DNA of 64,000 nucleotides from Terriglobia bacterium (GTDB lineage: Bacteria; Acidobacteriota; Terriglobia; 20CM-2-55-15), in assembly GCA_965218585.1 (NCBI GenBank), contig CBDCLE010000009.1:96001-160000 (forward strand). Reading direction: 5' to 3'. Numbering within the stretch: position 1 is the stretch's first letter; each line of letters opens with the position of its first letter. Of the stretch, positions 10,581 through 19,500 are shown piece by piece. The notes beneath the pieces are model-generated. The model worked only from the letters and a program-made list of their open reading frames with translations. It ran no database searches and was not told where the DNA came from. The position numbers and the translations under genes are program-made.

Positions 10581-10636
10581 GTGTCTGTGGCATGGAGAGT
10601 AATAGCGACGTCGGACCTTAAATAGAAGGAGCCGTA

Positions 10637-13600
10637 ATGGAACCGAGACGAGAACTGTCACGAAGAATCCGAAGAGTCCGCCACCGATGGAATCAGTTCG
10701 TCTGGTTCAAGGGGCTGGCCTGGGTCCTGGGAGTCGGCATTGCTGCGCTCGTCGTGAGCATGAGTATCGCTGAGTCCACCGGGATACCTGCGTGGGTCGT
10801 CGTTGTGTTGCGCTTTGCGCTCCTCGGAACGCTTATCGGAACGGCGGTGAAGATGCTGATTCTTCCGCTCGGCCGAAAGCCTGATGACGTGCAGTTGGCT
10901 CGTTTCGTCGAAGAAAAGAATCCCGGGCTTGAGGACCGCCTGGTGAGTGCGGTCGAAGTCGTGAACAAACCCGATTCCGACAGGGGACCGTTCCGTTTTC
11001 TGTTGATTCGCGATGCCGTAGAGGCGACCCGGCGTATCCGCTTTGATGACCTCGTCAACCGGAACAAATTCAATGTTCTTGCATCGTTGACAGTAGTCTT
11101 TGCACTGGCTCTGATCATCTCACTGTATTTCGCCGGGACTTTCTTCCCGTACGGCAGCGCCCGGCTGTTCGCCGGTTTCATCGAACCTCCACCAGGTCCA
11201 GACTACTCGATTGAGGTGACTCCTGGAGATACGACTGTTCCCCGGGGGAGCGATGTGGTTCTCGAAGCGATTGCCCTCGGCTTTGACCCCGAGCGTGCGG
11301 AAGTTCATCTGCGTTACGACAACAGTTCGCAGTGGGAAATCTCCACGATGGATGTTGCACCTGAGATTGTCCCGACCTTCCGTCGGCTTCTGTTCAACCT
11401 GCAGGAACCCGTCCGCTATTACGTGCAGGCTGGAGGCTTTCAGTCAGCCGAATTCGTGATCTCGGTTGCCGACCTGCCTCGGGTGGAGAGCATCGACTAC
11501 ACCTACAACTATCCCGCATACACGCGCCTCAGTGCCCGCACTGAACAAGACGCGCTCGACATCGTTGCTTTAAGGGGGACACGCGTAGAGGTTACGGTCC
11601 ATGCGAGCCAGGAATTGAGGAGTGGTCGTCTCATTTTTGCGGACGGTGTAGAAGTGGACCTCACACCTGGAGAAGGACAGATTGCGACCACCGAGCTTAT
11701 TGTCGACCGTACGACAACGTTCCGGGTTGAACTGGAGAATACGGCCGGTGCGGAGTATCTGAGCCTGTCTGAGTATGCAATGGAAGCGCTCGATGATCAG
11801 AAACCCCTCGTCCAGTTTACCGAGCCGGGGCGTGACTACAGGGCGTCCACGGTCGAAGAAATCTTCACGGAACTGGAGGCCGAGGACGATCTGGGTATCG
11901 AAACGCTTGACATCATTTTTGCTGTGAACGGCGGGGAGGAACAGAGCATCGATTTGTTCGCCAATAACGGCACCGCGCCCAAAGAGATATCGGGCAGTTA
12001 CACGTTCTTCCTGGAGGAGTACGAAATTCAGCCAGGTGATTTCATTACGTATTACGGCAAGGCAGTGGATTCGAACCGGCCGTCAAATGAAGTCCTGACC
12101 GACATCTACTTCATTGAAGTCCGTCCCTTTGGCATGGAGTATTTCCAGGGCCAGCAGGGCGGCGGCGGTGGTGGTGGTGGAGGCGGCGGTGATGATTCTG
12201 CTGCCGCGTTGTCCAACCGCCAGAAGGAAATTATTGCTGCGACGTTCAGACTCATCCGTGACGAAGAGAGTTATGGTGCGGGAGAGTACTCCGACAATAT
12301 CCAGGCCGTAGCCGAAAACCAGAGCACACTTGCCGAACAGACCCAGACGCTGATGGGACGTCTCACGGCGCGCGGGTTGGCTATGGACGAGCAGATTGGT
12401 CAGTTGACCGCGAATCTCGAGCTGGCACTGGAACAGATGGGTCCGGCTGCCCAGCAGTTGAGCGACGAGAACCTGAAAGAGGCGCAACCCTTCGAGCAGA
12501 AGTCACTCCAATACCTGATGCGTGCCGAAGCCCTGTTCAATCAGGTTCAAGTCACGATGGGAGGCGGCGGTGGCGGAGGCGGTGGAGGTGCCCAGAACGC
12601 CGAAGATCTGGCCGACCTTTTCGACCTCGAACTGGATCAGAACACGAATCAGTACGAAACGCTGGAGCGCGATGAAGGTTCCCAGGGTGGCAGCCAGGAA
12701 ATGGATGAAGCCCTTGAAAAACTCAAGGAACTGGCCGAGCGCCGGCAGCGGATGATGGAGCAGCAGCGTCAGCAGGCCCTTTCCGGCAACGGAGGAGGGG
12801 GTGGCAGTCAGCAGATGACGGCCGACGAGATCCGGCGGGAAACAGAGCGGCTGGCACGTCAACTGGACCGGCTCTCCCGCGAAAACAACGATCCGCAGAT
12901 GGCCGAAGTAGGCCGGGCCCTGGAACAGGCTGCGCGCAACATGCGGCAGGCTCAGAACGGCACGAGCCAACAGCAACAGCAGGCTTCAGAAGAGGCGATG
13001 GAAGAACTCCAGCGTGCTGAAAACCTGCTCTCGGGCGCCCAGGGGGGCACTCTGGAGGAGCGGCTGGCGAACCTGCAGCGTCAGGCTGGAGATCTGGCCG
13101 ACGATCAGCGGCAAATTTCGGATCAGACCGAGCGCCTGGCTGCCGATCCTGACAACGACACCGCGCGTAGAGCGGCGCAAATCACTGAACAGAAAGTCGA
13201 AGCTGTCGAGGACTTACGGGATCTTCAGGACGGACTCGACGCCTTACAGGGCACTCCTTCGAGCCAGGAGACAGCGCGGCAAATCCGTGGCGCCGCCAAC
13301 GCCATCCGGTCCGACCGTCTGGTCGACAAGATGAACAACGGTCAGGAGCTTCTTGATAGCGGGTACTACGACTTTGCGGCCCAGAGGGAAGAGGAGGTGG
13401 CCGATGCGATCGACGACATCGCGCGTCAGCTGAATCAGGCCGCTGCGAGCGCAGCCAACACCGAAGAAAGACAGGTTCAGAACGCACTGAATCAGACGAG
13501 CGAAGCGATCCGGCGTCTGGAGTCGATGCAACGCCGTTTTGAGAACGAACAGAATCAGCAGGGTCAGCAAGGTCAACAGAGCCAAGAAGGCCAGCAAGGT

Positions 13601-14101
13601 CAACAGGGCCAACAGGGACAGCAAGGCCAACAGGGTCAACAAGGCCAGCAGGGCCAGGGTGGTCAGCAGGGTCAACAGGCCGGCAACGGATTTGGCGGAC
13701 CCAACGATGGTTTTGGATCTCGTCTGGGTGGCTTTGGAAACCGCAACCTGAGCCCCGACGACATCCGTCAGTTGACTCGCGAATGGGAGCAGCGGCTTCA
13801 GGATGTCGAAGACATTCGGAACCTCCTGGGTGCGGGTAATCCGTTGGAGGAAGATCTCAACAGGATCATGAACGCTATCCGCGGGAGAATGGACGGCAAC
13901 CCGGCCGGGCTCGCCGAAATAGAGGCGCTGGTCAATGAAATCATTTTGCCGTTCCGCTCGGTGGAACTCGAACTGAGTCGGGAACTCCAACTTTTGATCG
14001 GACGTGAAAATATTCGTTCGGCGCAGGAAGACGAGATTCCGGCGAGCTACCGCCGGCTTGTGGAGGAGTACTACGAGCGACTGGGGAGCGAGAGCGATTA
14101 G
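10637..14101 (+). CDS. DUF4175-family membrane protein with Ig-like domains and long coiled coil
   Basis: N-terminal TMs, LEDRLVSAVE, Y.YPAYT, AEDDLG, LADLFDLELD, C-terminal IPASYRRLVEEYYERL. Confidence 0.75.
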   Translation: MEPRRELSRRIRRVRHRWNQFVWFKGLAWVLGVGIAALVVSMSIAESTGIPAWVVVVLRFALLGTLIGTAVKMLILPLGRKPDDVQLARFVEEKNPGLEDRLVSAVEVVNKPDSDRGPFRFLLIRDAVEATRRIRFDDLVNRNKFNVLASLTVVFALALIISLYFAGTFFPYGSARLFAGFIEPPPGPDYSIEVTPGDTTVPRGSDVVLEAIALGFDPERAEVHLRYDNSSQWEISTMDVAPEIVPTFRRLLFNLQEPVRYYVQAGGFQSAEFVISVADLPRVESIDYTYNYPAYTRLSARTEQDALDIVALRGTRVEVTVHASQELRSGRLIFADGVEVDLTPGEGQIATTELIVDRTTTFRVELENTAGAEYLSLSEYAMEALDDQKPLVQFTEPGRDYRASTVEEIFTELEAEDDLGIETLDIIFAVNGGEEQSIDLFANNGTAPKEISGSYTFFLEEYEIQPGDFITYYGKAVDSNRPSNEVLTDIYFIEVRPFGMEYFQGQQGGGGGGGGGGGDDSAAALSNRQKEIIAATFRLIRDEESYGAGEYSDNIQAVAENQSTLAEQTQTLMGRLTARGLAMDEQIGQLTANLELALEQMGPAAQQLSDENLKEAQPFEQKSLQYLMRAEALFNQVQVTMGGGGGGGGGGAQNAEDLADLFDLELDQNTNQYETLERDEGSQGGSQEMDEALEKLKELAERRQRMMEQQRQQALSGNGGGGGSQQMTADEIRRETERLARQLDRLSRENNDPQMAEVGRALEQAARNMRQAQNGTSQQQQQASEEAMEELQRAENLLSGAQGGTLEERLANLQRQAGDLADDQRQISDQTERLAADPDNDTARRAAQITEQKVEAVEDLRDLQDGLDALQGTPSSQETARQIRGAANAIRSDRLVDKMNNGQELLDSGYYDFAAQREEEVADAIDDIARQLNQAAASAANTEERQVQNALNQTSEAIRRLESMQRRFENEQNQQGQQGQQSQEGQQGQQGQQGQQGQQGQQGQQGQGGQQGQQAGNGFGGPNDGFGSRLGGFGNRNLSPDDIRQLTREWEQRLQDVEDIRNLLGAGNPLEEDLNRIMNAIRGRMDGNPAGLAEIEALVNEIILPFRSVELELSRELQLLIGRENIRSAQEDEIPASYRRLVEEYYERLGSESD
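13556..13678 (+). repeat. Coding 9-bp tandem repeat (CARCARGGN) giving a QQG tract
   Basis: About 13 QQG-like units inside the DUF4175-family ORF. Confidence 0.9.
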
Positions 14102-14131
14102 GGAATACGCCCTTAAGTTGTAAGCGAGAGT

Positions 14132-14161
14132 AGCGGCGGTCTTCGGGCCGCCGCTTTTTTT
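14132..14161 (+). terminator. Rho-independent terminator of the MoxR operon
   Basis: AGCGGCGGTC-TTCG-GGCCGCCGCT stem-loop followed by a T run. Confidence 0.9.
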
Positions 14162-14203
14162 GTTGTTTAGGGCCCTAGTATCGAAAGTCTCAATCCTGGG
14201 CGT

Positions 14204-14338
14204 AAGATTACGCTCGGTCGTTCATTCAGACATCCTGTCTGAACGACCGGCGAGCTCGCGATCTTCCTGATCGCAAGCCCTTTTTGGGAAAGACGGAATA
14301 CGACACGTTCTTCCTGTAGGTGCGCTCTGTGAGCGCAC
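14204..14338. repeat. Structured dispersed repeat, copy 1 (ends in a GTAG-REP)
   Basis: Homologous to 18292-18430. Both share GACATCCTGTC, GCTCGCGATCTTCCTGATCGCAAGCCCTTTT and TCCTGTAGGTGCGCTCT.TGAGCGCAC. Confidence 0.85.
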
Positions 14339-14370
14339 CTCTCCTTTTTGGAATCCGAAAATGTTCGAGA

Positions 14371-15645
14371 CTAGATACGCCCAGAGTAAAGCGGAAATCG
14401 CTTGCACAGCGCCGACACTGATTGGCGCACTCCAGTTATAGTCGCTTCGTCTTCGATGTTCTCCAGCACGTCCGCAATCCAGTCACCGATCTCAGCCATT
14501 TCAGTTTCCCCCATCCCACGAGTCGTCACGGCCGGCGTCCCTACGCGGATACCACTGGGCTTCATGGGCGGGTTCGTGTCAAACGGGATCGCGTTCTTGT
14601 TGACGGTAATCCCCGCGCGCTCCAGGGCAGTTTCAGCCTGGCTCCCATCGATACCCTTGGAAAAGACGTCCACCAGCATCAGATGTGTGTCGGTTCCTCC
14701 TGAAGCCAGCCGGAAACCGCGCCCTGCGATCGTTTCGGACAGGGCCTTTGCATTGGAGACGACCTGGGCTGTGTAAGTCTTGAATTCTTCGGTCGCCGCT
14801 TCCTTGAAACAGGTAGCCTTTGCCGCAATCACGTGAACCAGGGGGCCTCCCTGCATTTCGGGGAAGACAGATCGGTTGACATCCTTTCGATATTCTTCCC
14901 GGCACATGATGAAACCACTCCGCGGCCCTCGCAGGGTCTTGTGCGTCGTGCTGGTGACGAAATCGCAATGCGGGACCGGGTTCGGATGCTGGCCCCCGGC
15001 GACAAGGCCCGCAATGTGGGCCATGTCGGCCATGAGCAGGGAACCGTTCTCGCGCGCGATCTTGCCGAATCGCTCGAAATCGAGCGTGCGGGGGTAGGCA
15101 CTCGCCCCGACAACGATGAGTCTTGGTTTATGCTCGGCCGCGAGCTTGGCTACCTCATCGTAATCGATCGTCTCGGCGTCCTTGCTGACACCGTAGGAAA
15201 CGATGTTGTAGTACTTGCCCGAAAAATTAAGAGGGTGTCCATGGGTCAGATGCCCACCATGCGACAAGTTCATTCCGAGGACCGTGTCTCCGGGTTTAAG
15301 GACGGTGAGGTACACGGCCATGTTAGCCTGACTTCCCGAGTGTGGCTGAACGTTTACGTGTTCGGCTCCGAAGATCTCTTTTGCCCGCTCGATGGCCAGG
15401 CGCTCCACGACATCGGCGAATTCGCAGCCTCCGTAATACCGCCTGCCGGGGTAACCTTCAGCGTACTTGTTTGTGAAAACAGAGCCAGTGGCTTCGAGCA
15501 CGGCTTCGTAAGTGAAGTTCTCCGATGCGATCAGTTCCACGCAGTCCGCCTGCCGCTGTTCTTCGTTTTTGATGGCCTTGTAAATCTCTGGATCTAAATC
15601 TCTTAAGGGTACTTCAATCATTCCCGATGCTACCTCATGTGTCAT
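14371..15645 (-). CDS. glyA: Serine hydroxymethyltransferase
   Basis: [47 protein letters not shown] (PLP lysine). Confidence 0.98.
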   Translation of the reverse strand: MTHEVASGMIEVPLRDLDPEIYKAIKNEEQRQADCVELIASENFTYEAVLEATGSVFTNKYAEGYPGRRYYGGCEFADVVERLAIERAKEIFGAEHVNVQPHSGSQANMAVYLTVLKPGDTVLGMNLSHGGHLTHGHPLNFSGKYYNIVSYGVSKDAETIDYDEVAKLAAEHKPRLIVVGASAYPRTLDFERFGKIARENGSLLMADMAHIAGLVAGGQHPNPVPHCDFVTSTTHKTLRGPRSGFIMCREEYRKDVNRSVFPEMQGGPLVHVIAAKATCFKEAATEEFKTYTAQVVSNAKALSETIAGRGFRLASGGTDTHLMLVDVFSKGIDGSQAETALERAGITVNKNAIPFDTNPPMKPSGIRVGTPAVTTRGMGETEMAEIGDWIADVLENIEDEATITGVRQSVSALCKRFPLYSGRI

Positions 15646-15686
15646 TCGATTCTCCGGCGGACTCCGCCGGTCACTCTAACATGCTG

Positions 15687-15695
15687 TGCTATAAT
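15687..15695 (+). promoter_or_regulatory. Extended -10 promoter (TGnTATAAT), probably a leaderless transcript
   Basis: TGCTATAAT lies 8 nt before ATG 15704 with no SD. Palindrome CCGGCGG-ACT-CCGCCGG at 15654-15670. Confidence 0.55.
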
Positions 15696-15703
15696 TCCGC
15701 ACC

Positions 15704-16069
15704 ATGTTTGGCCTCCTTCCCCGAGGCACTGCCTACATCCTCCTCCTGGCAATCGTCGTTTTTGCCGGAGTCCAGTACGGTCCTATCTATTACAGCGCGT
15801 GGCAGTTTTATGATGCGATCCGTCAGGAAGTCCGTTTTGCCGGAACGAGCAGGCGCACTGTCAGTTTCGTTCACGAGTCAATCATGCAACTTGCCCAGGA
15901 ACATGCGGAGCCTGTCCTCGAAGACGATGTGGATGTGAGCGTCGAAGTCACCCGAGATGGGCCTTTCTTCATCGTCGAGGTGTACTACCTGGTTCCCGTG
16001 GATTTGCGGGTGTTCCAGGACGAGGTCGAATTCGATTGGCGCCTGTCGGGCGAGACCTTCGCGGAATGA
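15704..16069 (+). CDS. Small membrane protein, DUF4845/pilin-like
   Basis: One N-terminal TM followed by P.YY..WQF.D.I and a C-terminal Y.VPVDL strand. Confidence 0.55.
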   Translation: MFGLLPRGTAYILLLAIVVFAGVQYGPIYYSAWQFYDAIRQEVRFAGTSRRTVSFVHESIMQLAQEHAEPVLEDDVDVSVEVTRDGPFFIVEVYYLVPVDLRVFQDEVEFDWRLSGETFAE

Positions 16070-17292
16070 TTTCTATCGAACAAGGATTTCAAATCGTTTC
16101 CGATCGTGTTGAGGCAGAGGTTGGAGACGATTTTATGCCTGCCGAAGATGTGGGTCTCTCCGACAGCATAGGCCGCACACTTCGCAAGGATGTCTTCGCC
16201 GATCTGGATTCTCCTCCCTTTGACCGGTCTATTCGCGACGGATTCGCGGTTATCGCCGAAGATGTTCGAGGCGTTCCCGTTGAACTCGATGTAGTAGGCG
16301 AATCCCGTGCGGGGAGTTCATACGACGGCCCCGTTGGCCCCGGGCAATGTGTTGCGATCATGACAGGGGCGGAAGTTCCTTCGGGCGCCGATGCAGTGGT
16401 TATGGTTGAACACACCGAAAGCGTTTCCCCGCGCCGGGTGCGCGTTCTCAAGGTCGTAAAGGCTGGTCAGAGCATTCAACCAGAGGGCACGGAGTGCAGG
16501 AGAGGGGACCGAATCCTGGAGGCAGGACGCGAAATTCAGGCACCCGAAATCGGTGTGCTCGCTTCAGTCGGCTGTGCTCAGGTGCGGGTTTCGGCAAGAC
16601 CGAGAGTCGCGATTCTGTCCACCGGAGACGAACTCGTCGAAGTGAGTGAGACACCCGGACGGGCTCAGATCCGTAACAGCAACAGCTTCACGTTGTACGC
16701 GCAGGTCCGGGCAGCGGGCGGAGATCCGGAGATGTTAGGCATCGTATCGGACGATGTGGAGGATCTCTCCCGTAGGATCGGGAAGGCTCTGGAACGCGAC
16801 ATCGTCATTACTTCCGGTGGTGTTTCGATGGGAAAGTATGATCTTGTCGAGGGCGTACTCGCCGATCATGGAGTCGACATAGGTTTCGACAAGGTTGCGA
16901 TGAAGCCGGGTAAGCCGACGGTCTTTGGGTCGAAAGGACGGACTTTCGTGTTCGGCCTGCCGGGTAACCCGGTGTCGACGATCGTGTCGTTTCAACTGTT
17001 CGTGCGTCCGTTGATTCGCAGGTTACTGCACCGAAGTGGGGTGGGTGACGAACTGCTTGAAGCGAAGCTGGAGCAGGAAGTCCGCTGCGATCCGGTGCGG
17101 ACCGCGTGTGTTCCGGCGTCTGTCCGGTTTGGTGATGGAGCTTACCGATTGAAGACCGTGCAATGGAAAGGGTCCTCGGATCTGGTGGGGCTGTCCCGCG
17201 CCAACGCTTACGTCCTGATTCCGAAACAGGATGGGTCACTGACGCCGGGATCACGGGTGAGATTCATTCCTATGATTCCGACAGGCAGTTGA
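16066..17292 (+). CDS. moeA: Molybdopterin molybdenumtransferase
   Basis: PPFDRS.RDGFA, IMTGA.VP.GADAVVM.E, STGDEL, SGGVSMG.YD, GLPGNPVS. Confidence 0.95.
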   Translation: MISIEQGFQIVSDRVEAEVGDDFMPAEDVGLSDSIGRTLRKDVFADLDSPPFDRSIRDGFAVIAEDVRGVPVELDVVGESRAGSSYDGPVGPGQCVAIMTGAEVPSGADAVVMVEHTESVSPRRVRVLKVVKAGQSIQPEGTECRRGDRILEAGREIQAPEIGVLASVGCAQVRVSARPRVAILSTGDELVEVSETPGRAQIRNSNSFTLYAQVRAAGGDPEMLGIVSDDVEDLSRRIGKALERDIVITSGGVSMGKYDLVEGVLADHGVDIGFDKVAMKPGKPTVFGSKGRTFVFGLPGNPVSTIVSFQLFVRPLIRRLLHRSGVGDELLEAKLEQEVRCDPVRTACVPASVRFGDGAYRLKTVQWKGSSDLVGLSRANAYVLIPKQDGSLTPGSRVRFIPMIPTGS

Positions 17293-17298
17293 ATCACT

Positions 17299-17781
17299 AT
17301 GCCGGGAGAATTCAGCCATCTGGACGAAAAAGGCCGTGCGCGAATGGTGGATGTGGGCGGCAAAACGAAGACCGCCCGCTCGGCTCGCGCCGAGGCTCTG
17401 GTTGTCATGAGCGAGGCCTTGCTGGAGCGGCTGCGTTCACGGACTTTACCCAAGGGTGACCCGTTCGAAGTTGTCAGGATCGCGGGCATCCAGGCCGCAA
17501 AGAAGACTTCAGACCTGATACCGCTGTGTCATCCCTTGCCGCTTTCTAAGATCGATGTGGACGTTGAACTCACCGATACCGGTGCCCGTATTGAAGCAAT
17601 GGTTAGCACGACAGCGGAAACCGGAGTCGAGATGGAGGCCCTCGTCGCGGCCTCCGTAGCAGCCCTCGCTCTTTACGACATGTGCAAGGGCGTCGACAAA
17701 GGGATCGAGATCGGCCCGATTCGGCTCCTGGAGAAAAGCGGAGGCAAGAGTGGCGATTGGCGTCGAGGTGAAGAGAAATGA
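17299..17781 (+). CDS. moaC: Cyclic pyranopterin monophosphate synthase
   Basis: [49 protein letters not shown]. Confidence 0.97.
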   Translation: MPGEFSHLDEKGRARMVDVGGKTKTARSARAEALVVMSEALLERLRSRTLPKGDPFEVVRIAGIQAAKKTSDLIPLCHPLPLSKIDVDVELTDTGARIEAMVSTTAETGVEMEALVAASVAALALYDMCKGVDKGIEIGPIRLLEKSGGKSGDWRRGEEK

Positions 17782-18263
17782 GTCTGGGACGTGCAGTTGT
17801 CTTAACGGTCAGTGACCGTGCAGCCGCCGGGAAGCGGAAGGACCTGTCCGGGCCCGAAGCCAAGCGTATTCTCGAGGAGGCGGGGTTTGAAGTCGGCGAT
17901 GTCCGTGTTGTGGCCGATGAGCGTCCTCTGATCGAGGAGAATCTGTTAACGGCGTGTGACGGGGATCAGGTTCGGTTGATCGTTACAACCGGAGGCACCG
18001 GGCTCTCACCGCGGGACGTTACCCCGGAAGCGACGAGGGAGGTGATTGAGCGTGAAGTTCCCGGAATGGCTGAAATGATGCGTGCTGAGGGCCTGAAGAA
18101 AACCGCGCGGGCCGCTCTTTCAAGGGGTGTCGTGGGCGTGCGAGCCTCGACCTTAATCATCAATCTTCCTGGCAGCGTAAAAGGCGTCAAGGAGTCGCTG
18201 GTCGCGGTGGTCCCGATACTGGGGCATGCGGTGGAAGTGCTGGTAAATCCTTCACCGCATTGA
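17778..18263 (+). CDS. mog: Molybdopterin adenylyltransferase MogA/MoaB family
   Basis: [34 protein letters not shown]. Confidence 0.9.
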   Translation: MSLGRAVVLTVSDRAAAGKRKDLSGPEAKRILEEAGFEVGDVRVVADERPLIEENLLTACDGDQVRLIVTTGGTGLSPRDVTPEATREVIEREVPGMAEMMRAEGLKKTARAALSRGVVGVRASTLIINLPGSVKGVKESLVAVVPILGHAVEVLVNPSPH

Positions 18264-18291
18264 GGGGAGTAGGGGGCCTAGCTTTTCGCGG

Positions 18292-18476
18292 AAGATTTCG
18301 CTCCCTCATTCAATCGGACATCCTGTCCGAATGAGGGGCGACGCTCGCGATCTTCCTGATCGCAAGCCCTTTTTTCGGAAAGGAAGGAACGTTGCGGCGT
18401 TTCTCCTGTAGGTGCGCTCTATGAGCGCACAGACCCAGCAAATTCGAGACGTCTGCCGTCATAGACCTCACCTACA
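18292..18476. repeat. Structured dispersed repeat, copy 2, plus an inverted degenerate REP (REP doublet)
   Basis: Homologous to 14204-14338. REP at 18408-18430 and an inverted REP at about 18455-18476. Confidence 0.85.
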
Positions 18477-18517
18477 GTTGAGAAGCCGGCAGGTATCGTT
18501 TATCCTACCCAGTCATC

Positions 18518-18886
18518 ATGTCTGGGAGCCAACTGCCAAATTACATTCCGATCTTCCTGTTCTTCGGGGTCGCCTTTCTGTTTCCGGTCGTTACTCTGCT
18601 GATCGCGAAACTGGTTCGCCCCCAGACCGGCGGTGCGGGAAAACTCAGCCCTTATGAGTGTGGTGTGGATCCGGAGGGCGATGCCCGGGATCGGTATGCG
18701 ATCCGCTATTATCTGGTCGCGATCTTGTTTGTAATCTTTGACGTGGAAACGATCTTCCTGTTTCCGTGGGCCATTATTTACGATGAATTAGCGTTGTTCG
18801 GTTTGATCGAGATGTGCGTATTTCTGGGAATACTGATCGTCGGATACATCTGGATCGTGAAAAAGGGCGCGATCGAGTGGGCATAG
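18518..18886 (+). CDS. nuoA: NADH-quinone oxidoreductase subunit A
   Basis: [29 protein letters not shown]. Confidence 0.96.
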   Translation: MSGSQLPNYIPIFLFFGVAFLFPVVTLLIAKLVRPQTGGAGKLSPYECGVDPEGDARDRYAIRYYLVAILFVIFDVETIFLFPWAIIYDELALFGLIEMCVFLGILIVGYIWIVKKGAIEWA

Positions 18887-18896
18887 GGAGAAGGCA

Positions 18897-19466
18897 ATGG
18901 CCTGGATAGAGAATCGTTTCGAACAGAATATCGTAACGACGACGGTAGATGCCGTCTTTAACTGGGCCCGTAAGTCGGCTCTCTGGCCGATGACGTTCGG
19001 ACTCGCCTGCTGTGCGATCGAGATGATGGCAACGGGCGCGTCGCGTTTCGACATGGATCGTTTTGGTGCGGGCATCTTCCGCCCCAGCCCACGGCAGTCG
19101 GACCTGATGATTGTTGCCGGTACGGTTACGCTCAAGATGGCCCCGGTTGTTCGGCGCGTTTATGATCAGATGCCTGATCCCAAGTGGGTCATTTCCATGG
19201 GCGCGTGCTCGAACGTGGGTGGACCGTTCGATACGTATTCGGTATTGCAGGGTGTGGACCATGTGGTCCCCGTGGACGTATACGTTCCCGGTTGTCCTCC
19301 GCGTCCCGAGGCCCTGCTTTACGGTTTGATGCGGCTGCAGGACAAGATCGACCGCATGACGATCGCGAAGAGACCGACTGACGCCCGGTTGGACGAGATC
19401 AAGGACGACGCGCGGATTTCTCAGGCGGCACTTGCCGAGATGGACCGGATCAAGTTGAAGATCTAG
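18897..19466 (+). CDS. nuoB: NADH-quinone oxidoreductase subunit B
   Basis: [37 protein letters not shown]. Confidence 0.97.
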   Translation: MAWIENRFEQNIVTTTVDAVFNWARKSALWPMTFGLACCAIEMMATGASRFDMDRFGAGIFRPSPRQSDLMIVAGTVTLKMAPVVRRVYDQMPDPKWVISMGACSNVGGPFDTYSVLQGVDHVVPVDVYVPGCPPRPEALLYGLMRLQDKIDRMTIAKRPTDARLDEIKDDARISQAALAEMDRIKLKI

Positions 19467-19472
19467 CTCGAA

Positions 19473-19500
19473 GCTGACAGCTGATGGCTGACAGCTAATG
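19473..19500 (+). repeat. Heptamer tandem repeat (GCTGACA/GCTGATG)
   Basis: GCTGACA-GCTGATG-GCTGACA-GCTAATG. Similar short arrays occur at 7544-7562 and 33306-33326. Confidence 0.7.

Noticed and set aside
13556-13678. Tandem repeat as a possible CRISPR array
   Set aside because: It is a 9-bp in-frame codon repeat with no spacers, and no cas genes are in the window.
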